Assembly (NCBI RefSeq): GCF_001194135.2 | Contig: NC_068982.1 | Coordinates: forward strand, 85,130,098 to 85,171,055 | DNA from: Octopus bimaculoides | Taxonomy: Eukaryota | Direction of reading: 5' to 3' | Length of the DNA: 40,958 nucleotides | Shown: positions 12,108 to 25,778 of the stretch, piece after piece | Layout: each line of letters starts with the position of its first letter | Position numbering within the stretch: the first letter of the stretch is position 1 | Position numbers and translations under genes: made by a program | The notes under the pieces: generated by a model | Databases searched by the model: none | What the model was told of the DNA's origin: nothing | Seen by the model: the letters and a program-made list of their open reading frames with translations, nothing else

Positions 12108-12365
12108 CTGAAAATTTGAAAATAAATATTTCTTATAATATACAAAGATAATGATTTTAACATTAATGTACTGTGTTTATATGTTTTTGTATGAGTATAA
12201 ACATTTTATTCCTAAAGTTTTAATCATTTTATATCCAGAATGACATGTACTATAGATCTGCAATACAGCATCTACTGATACTTCTTAATCCTAGATAATC
12301 ACATTAATGTTTCCAAATTTTCTTTGGTCTCTCACTGCACAATGCATTATCTACAACTAATAAGT

Positions 12366-12520
12366 GCAGGCATGACTGTGTGGTTAAGATATTAGCTTCC
12401 CAACCATGTGGTGTTGGGTTCAGTCCTGCAGCATGGCACCTTGGGCAAGTACCTTCAAAGATAGCCCTGGACCAACTAAAGTCTTGTGGATGGATTTGGT
12501 AGACTGAAACAGAAAGAAGC
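12366..12520 (+). mobile_element. tRNA-derived SINE (5' part)
   Basis: A-box-like tgactgtgtggttaag, B-box-like gggttcagtcc, followed by the ggcaccttgggcaagt core. Confidence 0.75.
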
Positions 12521-12640
12521 TTAGTTGGCTGTAACTAAGAAGTCACTGTCAACATTATATTTATTGAAGAATAATAAATTTGAACTCTACCAAAAGTATT
12601 GAGTAATCCTTCAGTTTAAAGTAACATAAAAACAAACATT

Positions 12641-12643
<3 letters not shown>

Positions 12644-12714
<71 letters not shown>
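12644..12714. repeat. (CA)n microsatellite abutting a gap
   Basis: Direct reading. Many other (TA)n, (CAT)n and compound atatatacattt tracts are present, e.g. 5454-5497, 35380-35517, 37190-37470, 38775-39238. Confidence 0.98.
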
Positions 12715-13486
12715 NNNNNNNNNNNNNNNNNNNNNNNNNNNNNNNNNNNNNNNNNNNNNNNNNNNNNNNNNNNNNNNNNNNNNNNNNNNNNNNNNNNNNN
12801 NNNNNNNNNNNNNNNNNNNNNNNNNNNNNNNNNNNNNNNNNNNNNNNNNNNNNNNNNNNNNNNNNNNNNNNNNNNNNNNNNNNNNNNNNNNNNNNNNNNN
12901 NNNNNNNNNNNNNNNNNNNNNNNNNNNNNNNNNNNNNNNNNNNNNNNNNNNNNNNNNNNNNNNNNNNNNNNNNNNNNNNNNNNNNNNNNNNNNNNNNNNN
13001 NNNNNNNNNNNNNNNNNNNNNNNNNNNNNNNNNNNNNNNNNNNNNNNNNNNNNNNNNNNNNNNNNNNNNNNNNNNNNNNNNNNNNNNNNNNNNNNNNNNN
13101 NNNNNNNNNNNNNNNNNNNNNNNNNNNNNNNNNNNNNNNNNNNNNNNNNNNNNNNNNNNNNNNNNNNNNNNNNNNNNNNNNNNNNNNNNNNNNNNNNNNN
13201 NNNNNNNNNNNNNNNNNNNNNNNNNNNNNNNNNNNNNNNNNNNNNNNNNNNNNNNNNNNNNNNNNNNNNNNNNNNNNNNNNNNNNNNNNNNNNNNNNNNN
13301 NNNNNNNNNNNNNNNNNNNNNNNNNNNNNNNNNNNNNNNNNNNNNNNNNNNNNNNNNNNNNNNNNNNNNNNNNNNNNNNNNNNNNNNNNNNNNNNNNNNN
13401 NNNNNNNNNNNNNNNNNNNNNNNNNNNNNNNNNNNNNNNNNNNNNNNNNNNNNNNNNNNNNNNNNNNNNNNNNNNNNNNNNNNNNN

Positions 13487-13519
<33 letters not shown>

Positions 13520-13846
13520 GCAAAAGGCTAAATGGATGTGTATGTGTAAAAGAATTCAGTACTCAATATTTTGGTTATAATGTTTAAAGGTTAACAGCTC
13601 AATTATTTTTGATAGTTGTTTGGTTGAGGTCTTTGTATTTATGTGTATGACTGTATGTACATGTATTTTTATTTTGTGAGACATTGTATTAATACACACA
13701 CATGTGCGAGTGTATGTGTGTGTGTGTATAGTGAGAGAGAGAAAGATGGCAGAGGTGAGCTAAAATTGCTGGTCTCTTGTTCAAAAGAGAAAATCTTTTT
13801 ACAATGGCACCCATTCTGGTTTTGGACAAGCACAAATACACACACA

Positions 13847-14530
13847 TTGGATTTAAGAAGCATCAGATGTGGCATGCAAGAGAGACGGCTGCGCTGGTAT
13901 GGTCATGTGTTGCGAATGAATGAGGACAGCTGCGTGAAAAAGTGTCACACTCTAGCAGTTGAAAGAACCTGTGGAAGAGGTAGACCCAGGAAGACCTGGG
14001 ATGAGGTGGTGAAGCACAACCTTCGAACATTGGGCCTTACCGAGGCAATAACTAATGACCGAGACCTTTGGAGATATGCTATGCTTGAAAAGACCTGACA
14101 AACCAAGTGAGACCATAGCCCGTGGCCTATGCCAGTGGGTGTAACCAGCCCACTTATGAGTACCCCTCATTCACTGGACAATAAACTTTGCTTGCAAAGA
14201 CCTACTGAAATCAAAATCGCTGACATGGCTGATGACAGTACCGCCTGATTGGCACTTGTGCCAGTGGGACGTTAAAAGCACATCTAAGTGTGGGGTGTAA
14301 CCATTCCACTTATGAGTACCCCACATTCATTGGACAATAAACTTTGTTTGCGAAGACCTATTGAGGTAAGTGAAATCAGAGTGGTTGGCGTTAGCAAGGG
14401 CATCCAGCTGTAGAAACTTTGCCAGATCAGATTGGTGCCTGGTGCAGCCTTCTGGCTCGCCAGTCCTCAGTCAAACCATTCAACCTATGCCAGCATGGAA
14501 AGCGGGCGTTACATGATGATGATGATGATG
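13847..14530 (+). mobile_element. 5'-truncated RTE LINE 3' end with (GAT)n tail
   Basis: RSIRCGMQERRLRWYGHVLRM...RGRPRKTWDEVVK...DRDLWR. The 3' UTR ends atgatgatgatg and contains a ~156-bp-period internal duplication (14137 / 14293). Confidence 0.88.
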
Positions 14531-14722
14531 NNNNNNNNNNNNNNNNNNNNNNNNNNNNNNNNNNNNNNNNNNNNNNNNNNNNNNNNNNNNNNNNNNNNNN
14601 NNNNNNNNNNNNNNNNNNNNNNNNNNNNNNNNNNNNNNNNNNNNNNNNNNNNNNNNNNNNNNNNNNNNNNNNNNNNNNNNNNNNNNNNNNNNNNNNNNNN
14701 NNTATATATATATATATATATA

Positions 14723-16007
14723 TCAGATCATCCCATAAGTTCTGTCTGATTTTACCTTTTTTAAAATTGAATGAAATTTAATAGTATTTTAGAATGTCTA
14801 ATGGAATTAAAACTTATTTTCATGCATTTGTGTACATTTAAACTAATTAAATATTATTTTACAGAATAATAAAATTAAAATTTCTTTGATTAAAACCCTT
14901 TCTAACATGGAAGTATCCAAAAAACATTTGAGGCACATAATGATTTATGAGTACAAAAAAGGAAACTCTGCAGCCGAAGCGACTCGAAACATACACTCAG
15001 TTTATGGGAAAGAATGCTTGAATGAAAAAACTTGCAGAAGATGGTTTGCAAAATTCAGAAGTGGAGATTTCAGCTTTGAAGATGAAGATCGAACAGGACG
15101 TCCAGTTGAGTTTGATGATAAGTTCCTTGAGGCATTACTTGAAGAAAATCCTGCATTATCAGTTGAAGAATTAGTAACAATGCTTAGTTCAAACCATACA
15201 ACTGTTCATCGTCATCTTCAACAACTTGGAAAGGTTCCTAAACTTGGAAAATGGGTGCCTCATGAATTGTCTGAAAGCAACTGCAAATCCTGGGTTGACA
15301 TCTGCTCTTCTCTCCATTCTCACAAACTCATTTCACCCTTTTTGGATATACTTGTGACTGGTGTTGAAAAATGGATCTTCTATTGAAATATTAAACATCG
15401 TAAACAGTAGCTTGGTAAAAGGAAAAAGCTCAATTACAACCGAGAAGGGAACTTCATGGGAAAAAGGTTCTTCTCTCTATCTGGTGGGATTGCAAAGGAG
15501 CAATTCACTTTGAATTGCTACCACCTAATGCAACAATCAATGCTCAAGTCTACTGTCAGCAATTAGAGCATTTGAACCAAGCTTTGAAGAAAAAAAGACC
15601 CGCTTTAGTGAATCAAAAAGGAGTGATGTTTCATCAGGACAATGTGCAATCCCACACTGCAAAGATCACATCACAGAAGATCGAAGAGCTTGGTTGGGAA
15701 AAAATTCCTCATCCACCTTATTCTCCCAACCTTGCTCCTTCAGACTACTATTTGTTTTGTAGTTTACAGAATCACTTGGGGGACATAACTTTCACAAGCC
15801 AGGAGGAGGTCGAAACTGACATTTCAGAGTTCTTCGCTTTGAAACCAAGAGTTTTACATTGATGGGATTAAAAAGCTTGTAAATAGATGGAAGGAAGTCA
15901 TAGATAATCAGGGAAAGTACATTGATGATTAAATTTCAATTAAATATAACATTTGATCACTTGTTTTCTTTATTCAAAATTTGGACAGAACTTATGGGAT
16001 GACCTGA
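14723..16007 (+). mobile_element. Full-length mariner transposon (1285 bp)
   Basis: TIRs tcagatcatcccataagttctgtc / gacagaacttatgggatgacctga (1 mismatch in 24), with TA on both sides. Confidence 0.95.
14907..15932 (+). pseudogene. Mariner D,D34D transposase with premature stops
   Basis: WVPHEL, TGVEKW (canonical TGDEKW), FHQDN, YSPNLAPSDY; 34 residues between the 2nd and 3rd D. Stop at 15384-15386 and further lesions downstream. Confidence 0.92.
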
Positions 16008-17043
16008 TATATACACACATACATACACACATATACATTATATACACACACATATATACATATAAATATGTATATATATATATATACACACACACACATA
16101 TACATACACACACACACACACACACATATACATATACACACACAGAGACACACACACACACACACACACTCACACATTATACTCTGTTTTAAATAAACTC
16201 AAAAGCAGCCCGTCCTTAATGTGGCTGTTTACTATACTAGAAATAGCAGTTATTAAACATACAAAACAGCCACTATTCTGATCACCTAATATGCCGTAAA
16301 GGGGAAAAAAGTCCTCTGCAGTATATTAAGAGGTGAGATTAGTCGATAGCACCTGAAAACTAAATGAGGAAAAAAAAAATAACTCGGTGGAGGGGGGTGG
16401 GGAATTTACAAGGTGAAAGTTGACTGGGAACCTAGGGCCCACCAAAATTGTTCCCAATTGGGCCCTGCTTAAGACAATAATGCTGCTGCCAATTTCTTTG
16501 TTGCCTAGTCATTTTCTAAACAACTGCACACTGCCTTTATCTTAAATTAACATTTATTACCATGATAAATGTGGTGGATTAGCAACTGTTGCACCCACCT
16601 CGATTGAAGCCATTACCAGAATTTAAACAGAGCCTCTACATAATCAGCTGACCTGCTAGAATTAGCAGCCAAGCCTTCTTCAAATTTCACAAATTGAATA
16701 ATGTAGTATTAAATACACAGTCTGAAAATAAAAAATGGTTTAGTCATGACTGGAATGCCTCATCATAGATATGTCATTGCTGACCTAAGATAACTGGTAT
16801 ACAACAATAGATTGGTCAGTAGAAGTAGTACATGACTGCACTATTATATCACAGAGGATTAACCACTGCATGTCAGAGTGTGAAGTATGATCCTCCACTA
16901 GATGAAAATGTGCAGCATGATTTCTGGTTAACTCAAAGCTGACTTAGGGTTACACTACGTTTTACAGTGATTCATTTCTTCTATCTGTATCAATTGGTTG
17001 AAAATATTATCATCCATGTAATATATGAAACATCTGTGGAAGT

Positions 17044-17406
17044 GCAATGGCCCAGAGGTTAGGGCAGCAGACTCGCAGTCATGAGATCGTGGTTTCAATT
17101 CCCAGACTGGGCATTGTGAGTGTTTATTGAGTGAAAACACCTAAAGCACCACAAGGCTCCAGCAGGGGGTAGTGGTGAACCCTACTGTACTCTTTCACCA
17201 CAATTTTCTCTCACTCTTGCTTCCTGTTTCTGTTGTACCTGTATTTCAAAGGGCCAGCCTTGTCACACACTGTGTCACGCTGAATCTCCCATTAAGGGTA
17301 CATGTGTCTGTGGAGTGCACAGCCACTTACACGTTAATTTCACAAGCAAGCTGTTCCACTGATTGGATCAACTAGAACCCTCGTTGTCATAACTGATGGA
17401 GTACCA
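17044..17406 (+). mobile_element. tRNA-derived SINE
   Basis: tRNA-like head gcaatggcccagaggttagggcagcagactcgcagtcatgagatcgtggtttcaattccc, followed by a SINE body ending ctgatggagtacca. Confidence 0.75.
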
Positions 17407-17589
17407 TGACGATATGAAACATCCACTTTTCCATGGTCACATGAATCTGAGATTTTGTACAGCCAGATGCCATTCCCATTGCCAAATCCCACCTGCTTCC
17501 AGGTCAGGATTAGCAACAGGAATGGCATCCATGCATAGACATGATTACATGGAAGATTGGAAACAAAGAATACCTCTTGGATGAGTGAC

Positions 17590-19599
17590 CAGAGGTGGGC
17601 ACTGTTAATTGAAAAGTTAACTTCGTTAATCATTAATCAGTTAACCAAAAAGTCAATTTCTTTAATCGTTAATATTAACTTTTATTGAAAAAAGGCATAA
17701 CTACAGTTTCATACCCCACCAACTTTGTTACCTCATAACTCCCAGAAAAATGGATACTTTTTAACGAAACTTACATCAAATAATCATTTATATCCTGTAG
17801 ATTGAGTGTGTGTACAGATTTGTTGGAAAAAGTTTTCTAAGGGGTTGGGGAGAGGAGTTTCGGAAAATTCACAGGAACCAATATTTTCCCCCTCATAACT
17901 TTCTGGAAAAGAGGTATTTTTTAATGAAATTCTATACAAATACCTTTCAAATAGTGTAGATTACAATTACAAAGGAATTTGTTGGCAAAATTTTTAAAAG
18001 GGAGTGGGGTGGGAGAGTTTCTGGAAAACAGAGTTTCAGATCAGACGGCCCACATAAGTCGAAATTTCTGTTTTGGGATTTTTTTCCACCAAAGTCTTCA
18101 GAATGATGGGAGGCATCTTTTCATGAAAAAAAAATTTGAAAATATTTTTTTTTACTCCTGCCATCCACTCACCGCCCCAGTCTGAAACGATTTTGGCCAT
18201 TTTATTTTAACTACACACTTAAAACTCATGAGAGAAACATTTTCAGTTTCAAAAAATATTGTTAATAATTTCAGAGGAAAACGTGTGATTTAAGGGAGAT
18301 CTGACTGTTGTTTCTAGCACATCCCCAAACTTCCCTCCTCATTTCTTTCTCATTCACATGCCTATTAATATTTTTCAATATTTTTCTCCCCATAAACAAA
18401 TTTTATAGAATGATGATGTCAAAGTATCACACATGTAGTCCCAACCAAACGAGGCCATGTTATGTGTGTATGTAAGAAAAAATACATCTAAAAACATTTT
18501 TAGTGTTCATGTTAATCTGTCAAATGTAATGCTTATTTGTTCACGCTATTTTGAATTATTCAGGTTCAATAGGGGTGTCCACAAAATTTGATTGTAACTT
18601 TGTAAATTTTTTACATAGATTTGAATTTTTGTCAGTGGGTGCTTTATATACCAGTGGTTTATAGTTATATAATTTTAGCTGATCNNNNNNNNNNNNNNNN
18701 NNNNNNNNNNNNNNNNNNNNNNNNNNNNNNNNNNNNNNNNNNNNNNNNNNNNNNNNNNNNNNNNNNNNNNNNNNNNNNNNNNNNNNNNNNNNNNNNNNNN
18801 NNNNNNNNNNNNNNNNNNNNNNNNNNNNNNNNNNNNNNNNNNNNNNNNNNNTTTTATGCATTCAACATATCTGTCCTCCAAACCTGCTGCAAGCCACAAG
18901 GAAAGGTGGGAGGGGTAGTGGGGACCTCAAAGTTTCCCACAAAGATCGTTTTGTTTTGTGGGTCTTTTTTCTTTTCTAGGTTATTTTGCATGCTTTCAAT
19001 GAACGTAACATTGAAATCACACGTGAACAGCTCCTTTTTCCAGAAAAGGAAAGATTTGGCTGCTATTTCTAGCATGCCCTGCTACCACATAACAGCCATT
19101 TGTGTTCACACCGAAATATTTGCATTCACACTGAAATATTTATCAACTTTTTCCTTCCTTTTACTGTTTTTCCACTTTATGGAAGTCAATATTTTCCTGT
19201 TGAGGTCACAGATCAAGTGGAAACACATCAATCACTGTTCCCTCTTGACAAGACAAAGAAATTTCCTGCTATCTTTGCAAGCAACAAGTGGGTGGATTTG
19301 GCCAAATGAGGTTCTACAAGCTATTTATAATAACAAGTGGCGTTATATTGGGGTTGAAAGAATGACGCCTACAATATTAAATATGTTAAGACAATCTGAA
19401 AACAATAGACATTTTTAAATGTTTACCGGTTTTTATGAAATTTTGGGGTTAACAGACTTGAGTTAACAGAAGCTAGATGTAACAGTAGTTAATTAGTCTG
19501 ATAATGACTTTTAAAGTTAACTTAAAAGTTAAATTATTAATGAAAATGTTAACTTTGTTAATAAACGATTAATGGACTAACTGACTTATGCTCACTCTG
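17590..19599. mobile_element. hAT-like non-autonomous element with nested fragments
   Basis: Termini CAGAGGTGGGCA / TGCTCACTCTG (imperfect TIR) and arrays of gttaac/ttaa subterminal motifs at both ends. No 8-bp TSD is recognisable. Confidence 0.5.
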
Positions 19600-20004
19600 G
19601 CAATGATACTTGCTTAAAACTACTGCCCCATGTGAAGAAAAGGAGACAGTAAAACAAACAAACACACATGTAGACATTGAGTTGATCATTGGTGTAACCA
19701 TGATGCGCTGATGATCTTATGAACTAGCTTTCTTTATTTCCATTGATTTGTGAACATATAATTGTATTGTATAATGTGGAGCATACATATTAATGTAAAG
19801 ATACAAGTATAATTTCTTCCACGCTGAAATTAACACTACATGAAGAAGGCTGTGAAAAGGCTGTAATCCTAAGGATGTCAAGTGGTTAGATAAATATATA
19901 TTCAGCTTGCATACCTCGACTTTTATAGTTTATATATACATGTGTACATATATGTATATAAGTGTATATGTATATATATATGAGTGTGTGTGTGTGTGTG
20001 TGTA

Positions 20005-23000
20005 TATCCTCATCATCATTTAACGTCCATTGCCCATGCTGGCATGGGTTGGATGGTTTGACCAGAGCTAGCAAGCTGCATCAGACTCCAGTCTGATTTC
20101 TACAGCATGGTTTCTACAGCTGGATGCTTTTATGTGGCACCACATGGGTGCTTTTACATGGGGCCACACAATCACTTTTATATGGTATCTCGTGGGCACT
20201 TTTATGTAACACTGTATGGGTGCTTTTATGTGTCACTGCATGAGCACTTTTAGATAGCATCACACAGGCACTTTTATGTGGCACCACAATAAGTGCTTTA
20301 CACCACCAGAAGGATTGGTTTTAATAGTCCTGCTCTGGAGTATAGATTTTCTTGAGTATGGCAAGGTGCCAGGCATCTCAGTCTTTTGTCATCTCGCCTT
20401 GTTCTTCAGTACTCCATCCCATGTCTTCTTAGGTCTTCCATATGTTCCATCCACTTTGAGAGATTGGTACTTCTGTATGGAGTTGTCAACATCCATCTGC
20501 ATCATATGACCAAATCAGCAACCAATTCCTCTTATGCTTAACTTCTGTCTCACAACACTAGCACTCTGTCCAACATGTACACTAACATTACACATCCAGA
20601 GAAGCATACTAGCCTCATTCCTTTCTAACTTTTGCATGTCCTCTGCATTCAAGGCCCACTTTTCACTACCATGTAGAATTGTTGTCTGCATCATATAATC
20701 TTCCTTTCACTCAAAGAGAGAACTTTTTGTGGCCAACAGTGGTAACAACTCTCAGAATTTATTTTCTCCAGCCTATTCTTGTACTAGCTATCACACACAC
20801 CATGCATCCTCCCTTACTACTAATTTGGTCCCCTAGGTAACAGAAATTATCTATTACCCCTTATGAGCCATCAGGGCATTTCAGAGAATCAATTTCCTAA
20901 GTCTCTAAAGTTTGTGTGGATCCTGTGCATATGGAAACTATCTTCTCTGATAACCTTATTAATCCACTGCATCTCTTGTATGCCCACAGCTTACATTAGG
21001 TACACGAGGTAGGAGTCCTGCCTACACCTTTCCTACAAACAGGGCCAATTACCTGAGGTGAGTAGGATCCTGTTAGTTTTCTTGCTTACTAGGACCTTAG
21101 TTTTTGCTAAGTTAACCTTAAGGCTTTTAGATTCTAGGTTTTGCTTCCGTACCTGAAATTTCTCGTCTAGCTCTGTTATGGAATCTGCTATGAGGTCCAG
21201 ATCATCAGCATATAGAAGTTCCCAAGGGTGGCTGGTCTTCAATTCCTCTGTTATGGCTTGGACTGAACCTTGATGAACCCCTAACTGTACACCAATTTCT
21301 TTGCTGTACAGTGTCTTTGTACATGGCCTGTACAGCTTTCACCAGCCACTCATCTATCCCTAGCCTCTTCAGAGCCCACCATATCACACTGCAGGATACT
21401 CTATCAAAAGCTTTCTCTAGATTAATGAATGCCAGGGATAATGGCTTATCCTTAGCTAAGTACTTCTCTTGCAGTTACCTATGAAAATAGTGTCAGTGCT
21501 TCTTCCCCAGATAAAGCTAAACTGCATTTTGTCGAGCCTAATTCTGCTCTTAGTAGGGCTATACCTCACTCCATAATTTTCATCACCTGGTCCGTGAGTT
21601 TCATACCTCTATAATTGCTTCTGTCTAATGCATCACCCTCACCCTTGTAGCAGCTAACAATTATGCTTTCACGCCAGTCACTGAACATCACACCTTCCTG
21701 AATAACCTGATTAACTATAAGGGTAACCAGCCTGTATCCCACCTTAACGGATATTTTGAGCATCTCAGCTGTGATCCCAGATTGACATGGGGCTTTCCCA
21801 GTTTTCATGTTTTTAATTGCCTTGTGTACCATACTGCTGTCCCCTAGGATAACCAGTCTCTCAGTTTGGTTCATATGAGAGAGATTCCCCTTATCCCATT
21901 CATTCTCTACATTGAACAATCTCACATAGTAACTTTTCCACATTTCTTTCTTGTCCACATCATTAAAGTGCAAGCATACCAATATCAATCTGCACACACT
22001 TTCTGTCCTACAATACCTCAATTCTTACTGACACAGTCTGGCAATCCAGAATATTTCAAGTCTCTGATCTTCATGCTGTAGGACTTCAGCAACCCTCTTC
22101 TTATCTGCTAGATAGACCTGATGTATTAGCCTCCGTTTTAGCCTTCTGATAAGATTCTTTGCTACCACCCCATCTTTTCCACTCTTTCCAGGCTTGTCTT
22201 TTCTCTTTCATAGCTCTGTCAATGTCACTGTTCCACAAACATGTCACCCTTAGTCTGGTAGGGACTTTGCTCTAACTACAAATTTGGACTGTTGTCCTTA
22301 GTAGATTGTCCCATAGGAACTTCCAGTTGTTTTCTATGTCACATGTCTCTATCTCTCCCTCATCTCTAAATTTCTACCTATTTGAGGGAACCTTGAGCTT
22401 CCACAGCCTCCTTTTCCATATTGGCTTGCATCTCAGGATCTTTCTGGCCCTAAACCTGAAGTCACTAATCACTAGCTTATGTTGTGTTGTACATTTTTTT
22501 GGCATTTACAAGCATATATCTAACCCTGTGTCTAGCAAGGATGTAGTCAATCTAGCTGGTATGTTCCCCAGATTGATAAGTGATAAGATGGTTGGTAAGT
22601 TTTCTGAAGTTGGTGCTGCAGACCAGTAAGCCACAAACATCACAAAGCTCCAATAACCTTGTCCCCTCCTCATTTCTGGAACCAAAACCATGTACACACT
22701 GAAATCCATCAGAGTGTTGTCCAACATGTCCATTGAGGTCCCCTGTTATGATGAGAATGCTGTCTTCTTTCATCATTGAAGTAGTCCTCAGAAGAGATTC
22801 ATAGAAGTGCTCCTTCTGAGCATTTATAAGTTCAGTGTGTGGAGAATATGCAGAGATAACTGACAAAGTTACATCAGACAAGGCTTTTCTTAGTTTAGTA
22901 ATCCTATCACATACCCTGACTACCTCAGTCACCTTATCCACCCATTTCTCTGCAGTAGAAACCTATGGACCCTAGACTATAATTGCTGCCTTCCTAGAAA

Positions 23001-23250
23001 AATTTGTATTTATCCCCTATGCCCATCAGCACTCTAGCTGAGGCCCTCTTCCATTGTACCTCTTGGACACAGCACACATCTACATATCTCTGCTCAAGCA
23101 TCTCAACTATCTCTCTAGACCTACCTTTCATAGTGCCAACATTGTGCCATCTCTGAGCCTGTAGAACTGGGAAGAAGATTGGGGGAATGTTTTCAGCCTC
23201 TGGAAAGAGAAAGGTCTTTGGGGCCGCATGCCTGGAGGCTGCAGGTCCTT
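20005..23250 (-). mobile_element. Near full-length degraded RTE LINE
   Basis: APE: NVGTMKGRSREIVEML...CVQE, SAYSP, GDLNGHVG...GFGSRNEEG. RT: KNMKTGKAP, NYRGMKL, PWELLYADDL. The 3' UTR has ~22-nt tandem units (20130-20305) and a (GAT)n tail. Confidence 0.9.
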
Positions 23251-23317
23251 GTGCTTAGGTAGAAAAAAATGTATATGTGTATATACATGTGTGTGTGCAT
23301 GTGTAAAATATTATATA

Positions 23318-23839
23318 CAGTAATCCCTCGCCATATCACGATTCACCTATCATGCACTCAGTACATTGCAGTTCACCTATCATGCACTCAGTACATCATG
23401 AATTTTTCTGGCTAATACATGTAAATTTATATTGCAAACTCCTTAGAATATAGCAGGTTTCTGCAACCGATAAGTACTTATATTTTTTTAGATTTTAATT
23501 ATTTCTGTGGTAGAATAAGCATTTTCATCACTAAAAATAAATAAATTAATAAATAAAAATACAGCACTGCACTGTATAACACATTAATTAAAATATACTA
23601 AAAGAAAATATATAGTGTATTGTAGATGAGTAAACAAAGAATTGCACATACTATATGGAAAACAAAACTCAGGAGATGAGAGTGTGATATTGTTTTGCAT
23701 TTATAATAAAATAAATATATATAAATTATAAAAATGATTAAAAAAATATATACAGTACAGTTCTGTTTCTACTTCATGGATTTTCACCTATTGCAGGAGG
23801 TTTTGGAAAATAACACCCACAATAGTTGAGGGATTACTG
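23318..23839. mobile_element. pogo/Tigger-type MITE
   Basis: TA|cagtaatccctcg ... gagggattactg TIRs. Internal ~30-bp tandem duplication ttcacctatcatgcactcagtacat. Confidence 0.75.
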
Positions 23840-23970
23840 GAGNNNNNNNNNNNNNNNNNNNNNNNNNNNNNNNNNNNNNNNNNNNNNNNNNNNNNNNNNN
23901 NNNNNNNNNNNNNNNNNNNNNATATATATATATATATATATATATACATACACACACACATATATATATA

Positions 23971-24866
23971 TGAGGAGGTACCCAAAAGTAACCGGAAAAG
24001 TTCACTGTGGTACAAGCTTCCATTGTAGTTCAGGCTTCCATTGCTAGAAGCCACCTGATGTGATCCCCGGATATCAGTTTGCTGACCAGTGGCATCAAGT
24101 GAGGTCGTACTGCCAAGTGGTGTGTCTTTGTTTTGCAATTCTTCTCTCCTGTTCATCAATTTTTGCAATTGCTGAAATGAAGGAACAGCGTGCTTCCATG
24201 AAATTCTGTTTTCTGCTAGGGAAAATGGTAGCCAAAACAGTTGTCATGTTTAAAACAGCTTACAAGGACACTGCCATGAACAAAGCATGAGTGGTTTACA
24301 TGCTTTAGATATGGTCACTTGTCGCTTGCAGACCAAACTTGTTCAGGATGACCATCAACCTCCTGAATGAATGAAAACATCATGAAAATTCATGAACTGA
24401 TCTTAGAGGACCATCACTGAACAATTGACAAAGTTGATATGACTGGTGTGTCCTGGAGTTCCTGCAGACGAATTTTAAGTGAGGAATTGTGAATGAAAAG
24501 AGTTGCAGCAAAATTTATGCCTCACTCGCTCACAGAAGATCAAAAGCAGTCACAACTGAATGTGTGCTGTAAACTAAAAGAACAGTTGGAAGTTTATCTA
24601 GACCTTTTTTTCGAAAGTCCTCATTGGTGACAAATGCAGGTGCTACAAATTTGCAGATGTGGAAGAGGCGAAGAAAAAACAATGGAGGCATTAAAAGGCA
24701 TCTCTTAGCAAGAGTTCCAGCACTGCTTCAAATAGTGGGAAACACATTTGAACCGATACTTTGCTTCAAATGGATAATACTCTGAGGGTGATAAAAGTGT
24801 AAACATGTAAAACTAAGTCAAGAAAATAATATTGCAAAATTCAGGTTTCTTTTGGGTACCCCCTTG
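23971..24866 (+). mobile_element. Internally deleted mariner (second subfamily)
   Basis: TA|tgaggaggtacccaaaagtaacc ... ggtttcttttgggtacccccttg|TA. Transposase N-terminus MKEQRASMKFCFLLGK and KFMPHSLTEDQK are present; most of the catalytic domain is missing. Confidence 0.88.
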
Positions 24867-24873
24867 TATATAT

Positions 24874-25470
24874 TCAAATATGAATCAGAGGCAGCTTGAA
24901 GCATATAAACAAAATAAAGCACACATACTCAAGGTATGTGTGTTGTTATTTTGTGGGTCAGCTGCAGATTTTAGGCATAAGAGAATATATTCTATATGTG
25001 CCTGGTATATTGTTTTGATCTTAAAATGCCGCATACCACTGCAAGCCATATCGCCAACTATGACTATATGCTAAATGGTTTAGATACCATCTACTGGCAT
25101 GTCCCAAAGTTTCATGCCATGGAAAAAATTCAAATATAAATTAGAAGCAGCTTGAGGTATATAAAGAAAATTGTTCAGACATGCCAGCAGATGATGTCTA
25201 AACCATTTAGCATATAATCAGAGTTGGCAATATTGCTTGTAGCAGGCCTTGTTATGTATGCAGTATTGCTAAGTCAAAACAATGAAGAAACATCAATGTC
25301 TGTCGCTCTGGGAAAGGAACTGATGTGAGGTGTCTTGCTTGACTGTGACTTACTTTCAGGTGCTTTTTAGACCAGGAACATAGAGAATATATTCTCTTAT
25401 GCCTAAAAACTGCAGCTGACCCACAAACTAACAACACATACTTTATGTATGTGTGTTCGACTTTGTTTTT
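24874..25470. repeat. Foldback / nested inverted-repeat element
   Basis: 24934-25005 is inverted at 25372-25441; about 25040-25105 is inverted at about 25178-25240. Confidence 0.7.
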
Positions 25471-25519
25471 ATATATATGTATATATACACACACACATAC
25501 ACATAAATATATATGTAAA

Positions 25520-25778
25520 GGCAACCACTCTTTATCACCTTCATTGACCTTATGAAATCTTTTAACCTAGTTAGTAGAGATGGCCTGTTCAAAATCCTTG
25601 CCAAGACTGGTTGTCCTCCAAGGTTTCTCAGGATAATCCAATCATTTGAAGCGGATATGAAAGATGTTATTCAATTTGATGGCTCTTCTTCAGAAGCATT
25701 CAACATAAGCAGCAATGTGAAGCAGGGCTGTGTCCTCTGTTTGACACCTTTTCCACAGTCATGCTAAAATATGCCTTT
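25520..25778 (+). mobile_element. RTE (BovB-like) LINE RT fragment, left part
   Basis: PLFITFIDLMKSFNLVSRDGLFKILAKTGCPPRF...VKQGCVL...MLKYAF; cut by the Sola2-like TIR. Confidence 0.85.

Noticed and set aside
17044-17105. tRNA-like sequence (also 12366-12430)
   Set aside because: No complete cloverleaf and it continues into a SINE body; these are SINE heads, not tRNA genes.
19100-19418. Open frames on the plus strand and an acceptor-like ttttcag on the minus strand
   Set aside because: No recognisable homology; all minus frames close quickly; it lies inside the hAT-like element.
23160-23260. HDV-like ribozyme expected at the RTE 5' end
   Set aside because: I could not build the nested double pseudoknot from the sequence.
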